Positions 49,801 through 59,600 of a stretch of 64,000 nucleotides of DNA are shown in pieces. The translations under genes were made by a program, and so were the position numbers. The stretch comes from Patescibacteria group bacterium (GTDB lineage Bacteria; Patescibacteriota; Minisyncoccia; Phycocordibacterales; UBA918): assembly GCA_019752815.1 (NCBI GenBank), contig JAIELQ010000014.1, forward strand, positions 1,035-65,034, read 5' to 3'. Under the pieces are notes generated by a model that was not told where the DNA came from, ran no database searches, and saw nothing but the letters and a program-made list of their open reading frames with translations. How positions within the stretch are numbered: position 1 is the first letter of the stretch; every line of letters begins with the position of its first letter.

Positions 49801-49876
49801 AAGTGACGAAGGAGGAAGTGTCGGAGGGGATGGAAGTAGTGAAGGCGGGACAGGAGGAGACGGTAGTGGCGTATAA
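40832..49876 (+). CDS. giant surface protein (3014 aa): signal/TM anchor, fibre-like repeats, two LVIVD-repeat beta-propellers, acidic Gly/Pro-rich C-terminal tail
   Basis: N-terminal hydrophobic segment. Repeated GN(L)TATGSLxIxGTSTLATTS and TSTRWVATS modules. Canonical LVIVD repeats RYAYVADxxxGLQIIDISNPxxPxLxGTxxT, 9 copies or more (about 44.7-45.6 kb). C-terminus GGETPPPSDEGG repeats. Confidence 0.7.
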   Translation: MSFYPSKNKSRTVLIASGLLLILGIYFMASLVSVVWAAPNLQINYQGKLTNASNVAVADAGYQMEFSLYTTDVGGTAIWTETRTGVNEVIVDNGLFSVMLGSVNSLAGVDFNQTLYLGVTVEADSEMTPRKVLGATPAAFEANNATTVGGVASTSLLRNDRIGTIATTSASTLLTITQSGTGDILNLFDGGTEVFSVLDGGNVGIGSTSPSARLTVGGNAFIAGNLTATGSLNIAGTSTLATTTVSSLAIGSLSGLLFGTAGNVSTIATSTLAIALADTTGTLAATRGGTGLSTITQNQLLIGGAGNTWTQVATSSLGLSAAFTTIAQLDTLITDVTGVTGTGSFVLSASPTFTGTSIFANSSTTNATTTNATTTNFTITGLTSGRVPFITTGGRLTDSANLAFDGTRLSTVNFGASGTSSLLGAVSIGTSTQPYLLTVAGTFGVVSSSLSPVFTADATTGRVAIGTSTASTTETLTIAGGSIDVLPSGLRIVGQLDTLTDSQAGLVVEDGIVYGVSNNPATDLHIVDASNPQSPRILSETSAPSSGDLVKVGNYLYMFGGLSSIGEVEDISNPSAPVTVGTFDMGQTTREAVVDGNYIFVGTNSATTSVVVYDITNRINPQQIAIINAGAAVTDLSVHQNKLYLALASTTAALRIYNIQNPVVPTLLGTAAASSTPTAITATNDRVYLGANVSGNRELYVYQTTNPTSIQLLTSIDITTSVSDMMAVDETLYVTGNSVRAFIAYDISSSTQIIEQGRVSLGASTIYDFDIEGQYAYVGGQVPTQGLAIIKLSGLTAPSVQSGALYAEQLRALQANISGNLNVAGRVAFGLDASIARRLDVGTSLTIGTTSTSSNALTVAGNAALFGNLTITGTTTISNLALTGVFRDATNASGTLGQILQSTGTSTRWVATSSLGLLTSAITGIGPAGQIQSGPTITLATSTGSFNGLTLGTTITATGNTITYTPSITGALTNAGIATPWLSFATTSTGSDISFSSASSTLGGTVTLNIPNAGPSARGLLTSADWTTFNGKISSTSLDTIAELDTLITDVTGVTGTGSFVLSTSPTFTGTASFASTTNSGQLTVTGTSTLATTSVSSLAIGSLSGLLFGTAGNVSTIATSTLGIALSDTTGTLAATRGGTGLSSYATGDLIYASGANTLANRTIGSTGNVLSVVGGVPTWVATSTLGLSGLSTFLGLTDTPSSYTANRIFFTNSGATAVTDSANFTFDGTRLSTLNLAVTGTSTFTGTSTFATSTFSRINIGTTTSAGLITLAGGGVVATTPNNLRVAGTFNTSGSANGVAVSGRYAYVADSSAGLQIIDISRPSSPSLEGTFNTSGNAYDVKVVGRYAYVADGASGLQIIDISNPASTTLVGTYDTNNAEGLDVSGRYAYIADATTGLVIVDISNPSNPTLVVSYDTTGIFATDVAVVGRYAYVADGLAGLQIIDVTNPAVPVLMSTFNTADNATGVYVVGRYAYVADGGSGLQIVDISNPAIPTLAGSVDTPGTANDVVVAGGIAYLSDFSSSLQVIDVSNATSPFILQSFVTTGIMNNVAIAGRYLYAGDNTAGLQIVDINGSDFSSLFAGALGATEANFDSNLIVGNDITVGGKLSVGHDSIINGGLTIIGTASSTLLGNNTGPGLVVATGNVGIGSTSPSAKLTVAGAGFFGGNLTATGSLAIFGTSTLATTSIARLALAGAFLDSTNDSGTSGMVLQSSGTSTRWVATSTLGFATGVSNFLALSDTPDVFTANRIPFTNGAATALVDNDNFTYSSSTQFLTLGGNPSLEYGINFGGAGRIYGTNSLGTEDLVMISSNNIFLASGDDSSSIDVSLGGVFSIFAATSTTIISPVITALGDLTVTGSLGISGTTTLATTTVTDLFVSAALRDTTNSAGTLGQILQSTGTSTRWVATSTLGFSAAFTTIAQLDALISDVTGVTGTGSFVLSASPTFTGTSIFANSSTTNATTTNATTTNFAITGLTSGRVPFITTGGRLTDSTNFTFDGSRLSTLNLNVTGTSTFTGTSTFAGNVGIGTTTPSSVLSIVGSLAQQEFGFGDAQYILRGTNSSTGRAFFAGVAGNGASERAGYMSVGLTEMVVGTQSLGGSIPLRFMTNDAMRMTIDTNGNIGIGTTTPASRLDVWGDFRVGTSSSALVYANTLNRQFVVGSSSLITENNNGDIPRMAIVGTRTSGRPTMLLIEEEGVGQFESAALQFDRATPLTNSSMGQINFMDAGSIDAWTDVGDNAAGSLRFNTDTPSAGGVVEQMRITSSGNVGIGTTTPNSRLTVSGNTFLGGNLTATGTLAILGTSTLATTSITRLALAGAFLDSTNASGTLGMVLQSTGTSTRWVATSTLGFSGGGASTFLALTDTPSSYTANRVMFTNGGATALTDSANFTFDGSRLSTLNLNVTGTSTFIGTTTLATTTINGLVQMGTTSVDSRFNLDVNNFAVAGTAGLNRYYTSTNAASGTVQFGELAYSRLNTTATTTYVGSMFRVEDSTTRGNTVRGLEVQTNRGSNTQGENTALSGFARTFGVRGFTSADAGSVFEPAGGYFETGGTTQGNAIRGYSSTITSAGLLSLFQDTSVFSGTGLTMNLGNGTGSFTGKFVDLQVAGSSRFNVASTGTMFTLGDISINSTNTDPAANNVVGMYLGANGFASINRSANPAMNLGRSNDGAVLQFYSAGAVQGSVSIAGATVSYNAFTGSHFGLTGSTTYPMGTLMQLSGDNQSYNDDPASEILYGMEETTEENSSLVIGSYLSVLEPSQAESTANPTLVMAVGNGALWVADQGEDITRGDYLISSNIAGHAERDPQTAPTSYIIARASEDINWNEVTTEINGVKHKRITVFFENFTRSNIDLALIASSTVELADITEESQTGQFMTGLFAKLTEWFGSAQNGIEDMYANVFNASERICVDGECLTADDIRDLKDALQGGGSNNPPPQNSGDGGGSGESGDTGGETPPPSDEGGGEAGGGGDEIPPPAEGGDTGGETPPPSDEGGSVGGDGSSEGGTGGDGSGV

Positions 49877-49926
49877 AATTAATCACGACAAAACAAAAGT
49901 CAGCATCTAGAACATTACACATATAT

Positions 49927-50694
49927 ATGTACAGCAATCAAACACAATCACTCAATCATCTCGTACACAGAGTATTTTCTGTGTGGATTTTTGTACTGTT
50001 AGTACTGATGTTCGGGGTATGTCTCTCATTTTTGGTGGTACACAATGATGCATATGCTGCCGGTGTTGACTCCTGGGCCACCCCATCAGCTGCTGGTGAT
50101 AATGATATTTGGAATAGCGTGACCTTCGGTAATGGAGTATATGTTGCAGTGGCGTCAAGTACTGTTGCCGGGGGTAATAATGCGGTGATGTATTCTAGTG
50201 ACGGTATCACCTGGGCCACGACTTCAGTGTCTGGTGATAATGATATTTGGAATAGCGTGACCTTCGGTAACGGTCTTTTTCTAGCAGTGGGAGCAGGGTT
50301 GGGTATCGACCGGGTCATGTATTCTGATAATGGTATCACCTGGGCCACGACTTCTGCCGCTGGTAATAACGATCTTTGGAATGATGTTACCTATGGTAAT
50401 GGTGTATATGTTGCGGTGGCGTCAAGTACCGTAGCGGGAGGTAATCATGCAGTGATGTACTCCAGTGATGGTGTTACCTGGACTACTGCCACGGCCGCTG
50501 ATGATAATGACTATTGGGAAAGTGTCACTTTTGGCAACGGTCGTTTTGTGGCCGTTGGTCGTGGTGGTGACCGAGTCATGTATTCGAGTAACGGTATTGC
50601 CTGGACCGCTGCGACCCCTGCCGGTAATGATGATACTTGGATGTCTGTTACCTACGGCAACGGTCGATATGTGGCGGTGAACCGGGGCCGATAG
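49927..50694 (+). CDS. N-terminal fragment of second giant surface protein (TM anchor plus BNR/Asp-box repeats); frame broken at 50686-50694
   Basis: YSSDGITWATTS...GDNDIWNSVTFGNGV repeats (SxDGxTW Asp-box). The same repeat continues in the +1 frame in the next ORF. Confidence 0.55.
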   Translation: MYSNQTQSLNHLVHRVFSVWIFVLLVLMFGVCLSFLVVHNDAYAAGVDSWATPSAAGDNDIWNSVTFGNGVYVAVASSTVAGGNNAVMYSSDGITWATTSVSGDNDIWNSVTFGNGLFLAVGAGLGIDRVMYSDNGITWATTSAAGNNDLWNDVTYGNGVYVAVASSTVAGGNHAVMYSSDGVTWTTATAADDNDYWESVTFGNGRFVAVGRGGDRVMYSSNGIAWTAATPAGNDDTWMSVTYGNGRYVAVNRGR

Positions 50695-50698
50695 AGTC

Positions 50699-53600
50699 AT
50701 GTACTCAAACGATGGTATTACCTGGGCCACCTCAAGTGCCGCCGGTAATAATGATAGCTGGATATCGGTCACGTATGGTAATGGGCATTATGTGGGAGTT
50801 GGTAATTCTGGTGACCGAGTCATGTACTCAAACGATGGTATTACCTGGGCCACCACCACTGCTTCCGGTGATAATGATAGCTGGAATAGTATCACGTACA
50901 TAAATGGTCGATTTACGGTAGTCGGATCTGGACCGGGTACTAACCGAGTCATGTACGCGAATGCTTTTAATATTCTAGAACAAACGGCGTTTCGTTTCCG
51001 GGCTGATGACGGCAGTGAAATTGCGGCCAGTTATCGTGGAGGGCAAAACCAAAACCTCACCACTCCTACCAGTACCGCATTTCGATTGCGTGCTCAGGTA
51101 GCATCAACCATTGATCAGAATCTCCTTGGTGGATTTAAACTGCAGTACCGAGAAACTACTGATGATAGCTGGTTTGATGTCGGAGTTGATCAGGGTGCGC
51201 CATCAATTGTGGCGGCCACTTCAAGTCGTACTGCTGGGGACGTGCTCTCTCGTACTGTCGCGTTACCGACTTGTACGGCCGGAAATCTTTTGTTAGCGGT
51301 CGTTAGTTATGATGGTGTCGGTTCGGCAACTACCACGCTTTCTCAGGGTTGGACCAAATTTGCGGAACGCTCCAATGCACTTGTCGTATCGAGTGTGCTG
51401 TTTTGGAAATATTCGACGGGGAACGATACTCTCACTGTGCAAACCCCGGTGTCGGAGGAAAGTTCACATGTTGTGTACTGTATTGCAAATGCTGGTGCCC
51501 CATCAGCTTCGGGGGCTGATAGTAGTGGTACCGGCAGTAATCCACCCTTACATCGCGCCGGGCCAACCAGACAGCATCTCTGGATTGTGGTCCGTTCGGG
51601 TGATGCGCAAATACAGGCGACGGCGGCACCAACAGGCTATACAGCACCCATTGTGATAACGGCCAATACCCTTACTGGTGCTTCAACGTATACAGCATTC
51701 TCCATGTTCCTGTCTTCGACAACTGACCCCGGTACTTTTACGAATGCGGTTGAAGAGTGGGTGGCCTGGACGATTGCGGTGCCGCCACGACATACACCAG
51801 TCGTGGGGACGGCTGGCATGATGACCCATGCGACTGCAACCGGTGCCAATAATACCCAATATGGTTCGATTGCCTGGACTAATCCAAACAATGCTCGTTC
51901 ATCTGATAATGCTCGGGCGACCTTGACGGTCTCTAGTACGACAGCTTCTAACAACCTAACGGTTTCAAGTCTTGGTTTTGCAATTCCAGCCGGAGCAACC
52001 ATTCTGGGGATTGAGGCTGAAGTAGAAAAAACTCAGACGGGTGGTGCAGCAGGTAATGTGCGTGACAACAGTATCCGACTGCTAAAAAATGGTACGACTA
52101 CAGGTATTGCCAATCTTGCTCAGACAGCCACCAACTGGCTGTTGACCACCGATTACCTTATTACCTACGGGAGTACAACCGAGTTGTGGGGGACGACGTG
52201 GACGCCTGCTGATATTAACAACTCGGGCTTCGGTCTCGCAATTGCCGTCCAGGGTGCTGCTGTGGGAGCTAACCGGGTGGCTAACATTGATAACGTGATT
52301 ATCCGTGTACACTACCGCTTACCGGGTAGTATTGCGCTGGCCTCATCAACGTTTATAGCCAGTGGGGCACCGTCAACCACTGCACAACTGCTAACCCCGG
52401 GCACCATTGCCGCTACCTCAACCGGCTTTTCGGCTGGTCGGGTGACCGATGATGTGGCCGTGCTCAATCAGTTGTCAGTCGTTACCAGTCGTTATACCGA
52501 ACTCGAGTGGACACTGGTTGCTACGGGTACGGCCACGACCGGTTCACAATATTTACTTCGGGTGGTTTCTGAGAATGGGGACCCACTGCAAGCCTACAAG
52601 ACAACACCATTTGTACGTATCAGCAACGCAACCACTACCGGAGTGATAAACATTTCAGGCAGAGTGCTCGGTCCAACCGGTTCTGCAACCATACCAGCAG
52701 GTGTACCGATTGTGGCTGCGGTAGGGCAATTAAATCCTGTGCTATACGCCACTACCACCTCCGCCACTGGTGCGTATACATTTTCCATAGCTACCGGGAC
52801 CACACCGGGTGCGAGCTGGGATGGAGTATCAGCTGTGGGTAATAATGATATCTGGCAAAGTGTGACCTACGGCAATGGTCTCTTTGTGGCCGTGGGTAGT
52901 ACATCAGTTGATAATGTTATGATTTCAACTGACGGAATCGCCTGGGCTACTACTTCAGCGGTCGGTAACAACGACTCGTGGGAGAGTGTAACCTACGGCA
53001 ACGGCCGCTTTGTGGCAGTGGGTGATGCCGGGGATCGGGTGATGTATTCAGATGAGGGTATTGTCTGGAACACCACCTCAGTGGCTGGCAATAATGATAG
53101 TTGGCGAAGTGTAACCTACGGCAACGGCCGCTTCGTAGCGGTGGGTAGTGCTGGTGACCGGGTGATGTATTCAGACGATGGTATATCCTGGACTGTAGTG
53201 ACGGCTCTTGGTAATAATGATTTCTGGCAAAGTGTAACCTACGGCAACGGCCGCTTCGTAGCGGTGGGTGATTACCTGCAGCCTGGAGATGGGGTGATGT
53301 ATTCAGACGATGGTATATCCTGGACTGTAGTTTCAGCTGCTGGAAGTGACGATACGTGGCGATCGGTAACCTACGGCAACGGCCGCTTTGTAGCGGTGGG
53401 TGAGGGTGGTGACACTCGTGTCATGTATTCGACTGACGGTATCTCTTGGACTACCGCTTCTGCTTTAGGAAACAACGATACTTGGACATCAATAACCTAC
53501 GGCAACGGCCGGTTTGTAGCGGTGGGTGTTGGTGATGTTGTCAGTGAACAGGCGATGTATTCGACTGACGGCATCTCTTGGACGGTAGCGTCTGCACCAG

Positions 53601-56600
53601 CAGGAGCTAATACGTGGCGATCGGTAACCTACGGCAACGGCCGCTTTGTAGCGGTCAGTGCTTCTGGTCAGCCAGTGATGCTTTCTGATGCCGGTATTGG
53701 CGACACTACTCCTGCCGTCGTCTACACCAATAACGCCACTACCAGTGCAGCGGGTTTTATGATGGGACTCTCTGGCACCACCAGTCAAAGTAATGTCGTA
53801 CTGTATCAAAATGATGTCACCGTATTAAATGCCACCACCTCAGCGACCTCTAGTATTACCAAACTCGATGACATGACTTTCTTTGACAGTTCATTTGATA
53901 GTAATGTGGGCTATAGTGCGTCCCGAGACGGTACCCTCACCTTCACAGATGACCTCCGGGTTGCGACCGGCACTGCTCAGTTTTTGGGTAGAGATTTTAG
54001 AGTCGAGCAAGAAGTTGAGATTCAAGGGGTATTAGATTTATTTGGAACAGCATCAAACACGATTAATAGTCTCGTAGTCGCTACATCAGGTCGACTGGTG
54101 GGAACGCGTAATGGTTTGATAGTCGGCAGCTACAACAATAATGGGACGGTGGTTACGAATGGGGCGACTACGACCTTTGTTGGTTTAACTGGATACAACA
54201 CGCAGTATCCCGTGTTTCAAACCAGTACGACCACCGAATCTGTAGGTAGCACAATGAATGGTATTGCTATGTCTGAAGATGGGACAAAGTTTTTCTATAC
54301 TAACTTTGACCAAGTAAAAGAAGTGACGCTCAGTGTCCCGTACGACCTGCGGACTGGTTCCATCACTCATACTGTAGATCTAGAGAATGGATTTTATATT
54401 ACGACTGAAAGTCTGCATGTGGTGCAGGATGGTCGCAAAATGTATGTCAGTGGCTGGCAAAATGACACGATTAAAGAATACACCCTGAGCGTGCCATGGA
54501 ATCTCTCCACTGCCACGTTTACGGCAAGTACTAGTTTGGGGGCAAATAACTTCCCGCATTCAGTCTTTGTGTCAGACGATGGTCAACATTTGTACTCGAC
54601 CGTGCGGTCGCCAGAGCGAATTCGGCAATACCGCTTTGCGGTGCCGTACGATATCACGAGTCTCGTTTTCGTAGCTTCAACCAGTAATAATGAACGAATT
54701 GCAAGTAACGCTATTTGGGCCAGTCCCGATGGCGAATTTCTGATACAAGCAGGCGCTCAGGGGTCTATTAATCGCTTGCGGATGACGACGCCGTGGGATA
54801 TCACATCCCTAGTGACAGATAACAGTGGCAACAGTGTTTTGACTGAGTTAATCACAGACAATAATCGAGATGTGGAGGGTTTTTGGTTTGATCGTACCGG
54901 TACCAAAATGGTGGCCATAACTGCTGATCGAATCGCGGCCCTCTACACCCTCGGGGCAGACATTGGTGGTAATCTCACGGGGTCATCATCACTTGGTAGT
55001 GTTGTGTTTGACGGTGGGAAGAGCACGTTTGTCTCGTCAGCGAGTACTACCAATTTGCACGTCAATCCGAACGCAATTTTGGTGGCTCCGACGACTACGC
55101 TTAGCATAGCAGGTAATTACCTCAACACAGGTGAGTTTGATCATGCGAGTTTTAACGGTACCGTGGTATTAAGTGGTACAAGTAGTAGTATTACTGGGAG
55201 TACTACCGGTACCAGTAGCTTGAATAATCTGGTAGTAACGGGGAATTATTCGTTTGCTGGGGCCGGTACTACATCGGTGCGTAATATGACGGTGGTACCA
55301 GGTGCAACGCTTAATTTTGTAGCTAATAGTGGACTTGAGGTAGCGGAGAATTATACAAATAATGGTACTACAACTCTCCCAACCACACGCATAGTCGCTA
55401 CTGGTCGGGGGTTTGACTTGTCTCAGGCCCCACTGGGGAACGAATATTCTGTAGGGGCGCAAACCTTTGAACCTCGTGGAATTGAGTTTTCAGCTACCGG
55501 AAGCCTCATGTACATCACTGAGACTAGTTCAAATCAAATATTGGCCTACCGTTTAGGTATTCCGTGGGAGGTGTCAACCGCTAGTTATCTATATGCCACC
55601 AGTGTCGGAGCGGTCTCTTCAAATGTGACCTCGATTAGGTTTAAGCCGGATGGGATGCGCTTATTTGTCACAAATTATGATAATGATTTCATTGCCGAAT
55701 ATGCCCTCTCAGTGCCGTGGGATATCCGTACGACGTCGTTTCTGGCTACGACTTCGTCAGCCTTTAACATAACTAGTATTGATTTCTCTCGTGATGGTAC
55801 GAGGTTCTATGTACATGGTATCCAAAACAATGGCGTAACAAAGCAGTATACCCTGGGTGTCCCGTGGGACCTCAGTACACAAACGTACACTGACGGGTAT
55901 TATAGTACTCCAGCATTTACCTTGGCTAGTACCATTAGTGCTGATGGGACCAGCTTCTTCCAAAAAGTGGGAAGCGCTATAAGACAGTATCGGTTATTGG
56001 TACCACATGACTTTAATACCGTCCAAATTGTCGGTGATTTTGATTTGTCGCCATTTATGGATCATAACGGTGTCGAAGAAATGACCTTTGATAATGATGG
56101 TACACGGATGTACCTCACGAGTAACTTTACTGACAGTGTCTTTCAATTTAATCTGATTGACTCGCAAACGTTCGGAGGCACTATGACCGGCACTTCATCT
56201 CTGGCTAACTTCCGCGCCTCCAGCACGCTGCCGCTAACATTTGCCGCGACCGCTTCCACGAGTGACTTTACGATTGTGCCTGGCGCAGTAGTATACGCTC
56301 CAACCTCTACCCTGATTGTGTCAGGTAATTTCACTAATGCTGGCACCTTTATCCCGCGTGCTGGTACTACTACACTCTCTGGTACTGCTAGAACTATCAC
56401 CGGGAATATCACCTCATTGGACTCTGTCACCAACAGTCCTGACTACGGTCTTGCCAATATTACTGGAACCTATACATATATAGGTAACGGTACGACTTCA
56501 GCGCTCACGATTAATTCCGGTGCGTCTTTGACAGCTCCGAGTAACGGTAGACTAATGATTGCGCATGATTTTATCAATCGCGGTACGTATACCAATAACG

Positions 56601-59600
56601 GTGCGACGACTACGCTTGGGGGTAACTTGCGCTCGGCTGCGACGGGGACTAATGCGCTCGGGAACACTGTTATTGATGCTCGGAGTCAGGGGCAAAACTG
56701 GCAGGCGCTGACACCGGCGGGAAATAATGATGCCTGGATGGATGTCACCTATGGAGAAGGTCGTTTTGTAGCAGTGAGTCAGTTTAGTGGTGACAAAGTG
56801 ATGTACTCAGATGATGGGGTGTCGTGGACCGCATCGGCTGGTACGGCAGGCGATTGGAATGCCGTTACCTACGGCAACGGCCGTTTTGTCGCGGTGGGGT
56901 TTGCAGGCTCTAACCGGGTGATGTATTCCGATGATGGTATCACCTGGAACGCGGTATCGGTTTTCGGTGATAATGACAGCTGGGTGAGTATCACTTACGG
57001 CAACGGCCGTTTCGTAGCCGGGGCGTCTAGTGGCGATAACCGGGTGATGTATTCGGACGATGGTATCTCGTGGAATGCAGTTTCGGTGTTTGGTAATAAC
57101 GATGAATGGAATGCCGTCACCTACGGCAACGGCCGCTTTGTGGCGGTAGGTGCTGATTGTGGTTCGAGTCCTAGTATGATGTATTCCGCTGACGGAATTA
57201 ATTGGGCATCTTCAACTATTGGTATATGTAAAGTGTACGGTGTCACCTACGGTAACGGCCGCTTCGTGGCGGTGGGAGCATTCAGCGGTACCCCAATTCA
57301 GTATAGTGAGGATGGTGTCACCTGGACCCCAACCACAATCTCTTCAGGTAATTGGTATGATGTCACCTACGGTAACGGCCGCTTCGTGGCGGTTGGTAAT
57401 TTTGCGGCGGGTGACGGTTTGGCATATTCGTCTGATGGTGTTAATTGGGCAACCTCATCAGTTGCCGGAAACGACGAATGGTGGCAGGGTATTGCCTACG
57501 GCAACGGCCGTTTCGTAGCAGTGGCTGAAGACGGCACAAATCGTGCAATGGTTGCTCTCCCGCAAACGATATTCAACCAAAACGCCTCCACCACTAACCT
57601 CACCATTACCGGTAGCTCAACGTTAAACGCCTCTGGTACTACAGTCTCTGTTGCTGGCAACTACCAAAACCTCGGTACGCTCACAGCCTCCACTTCGACC
57701 TTTGTATTTAACGGTACTGGACCACAAGTCGCCAGCGGTACGATGTCAGCGAGCAGTAGCTTCCGCAACCTAACCCTCAGTAACACCTCCGGCAACGGCA
57801 CCACCTCACGTTCGATTACCTTTGGCGCACCACTCTCAGTCACGGGAACTTCGACGATTACCGCGAGTACCTCGGTAGCCTTCCAAGCGGGCGCCACCTC
57901 GACGTTCTCGCAGGTGTCGTGGCAGGGGACAGCAGGATCGCCCGTATGGCTACGATCAACTGCCACTGGTACACCATGGAACCTCACCATTACCGGTAAT
58001 AAAACTGTGGATTATGTTAATGTGCGTGATAGTAACGCAACCTCGACGGTGGGTGGTATTACACCTACAAATAGTACGAATGCCGGCAATAATACCAACT
58101 GGATCTTTGGTGGTGGACCGGTAGCGCAGGTTTGGAACGCAACAGATTGGACCTTGTTCGATACCATTACTATTCAAGAAGAAAACATCGATGCCACCCT
58201 CACTGATTTCCCGGTGTACGTTAATCTCGCTGATCTCAGTAGTACATTCTGGAGTACTACACCTGCGGGAGCTGCCTTGGTTGGTACGGACATTCGCGTA
58301 ACAACTGCTGATAATATCGAGATACCTCGTGAACTGGTGTTTGCATCTTCGACACTTGATACGGGTGAGCTACACTTTAGAGCGCCACAGATTTTATCGA
58401 CTACTGATACCACATTTAAGATTTGGTACAACGGGACAACGACGGGGGATTATGCTCGCACCGCCACCTACGGAACTGAGAATGTGTGGACGAATGATTA
58501 TGTAGCCGTCCTTCACCTTAATGAAGTGGGTAACAGCACTGCAAACGGCTATCTCGATTCAACAACAAATGGTTTTGATGGTACCGGTATCTCTATGACA
58601 GCCACTAGTTCGGTTACTGGAAAGTTAGGTGTTGCTCAAGATCTTGACGGTGTCAGTGACTATATCGATTTGGTTGGAAGTGTCACCTTGGGTAGTTCAA
58701 CCATTAGTACGTGGGTTAATGTTGCCAGTGCAGATCTTCAGCCGTGTGATGGTCTGGTTTTCTCACGCGGGACAAATGTGAGTGGTATTAATGTCGGAAA
58801 CTGTTCCGATGGTTTAAATGTCGGCTATCACTGGAATGATGCACAGTTTGGATGGGCTACCGGTTCGCCAGTGGTGACAAACCGATGGTCCTATATAGCA
58901 CTTGCAGTTGGGGCAGATAGAGCTACTACGTTCAGTAATGGTACATCAACAACAAATGTAGCCACGCACGCAACTTCAACATTTGATGATATACGCATTG
59001 GTGAAGATGAATTTAATGACCGACGATTCAATGGTCAGGTTGATGAGGTTCGCATAGCCTCTACTACTCGTTCGGCAGCTTGGCTCAAAGCTGAGTACAC
59101 AAACCAATCCACCACCACCAACTTCTACACCGTTAACTTGTCTGGGGTAGTTGGCTCGTCTACAATCAGTAACTCCGTCGCGGGGCAGGTTGGGAACGCC
59201 TTCACCTCCCAGAACGTGACCGACGGTACGCTCTATAGCTTCAGGGTAGTACCAAATAGTGGTACAGCTGATGCCACCGAAGTGAGAATTGACGTTACCG
59301 GCCTCCAGAACGTTAACCCTGAAAACTTTAGTAACATGCGGATAGCGTGGGACTTTAATGAAAATGGAACTTTCGACGTTGAAGATTTTGTGATTGTCGA
59401 CAGCGGCCTCTTTACCGCAAATGGTCAAAACGGTTCAATCGCATTTGATGATAATAACGTAACCTTTGGTGGCTCAAATACTCTAACCGGACCAATTAAC
59501 CTGCTTATAATCGCTAACTGGACTGCTCCGCAGAACGGATCGTTTATGACTCTCCGCTTGAATCCTAGTGGACTGACCCTTGTTGATGGTAACGGTGTGC

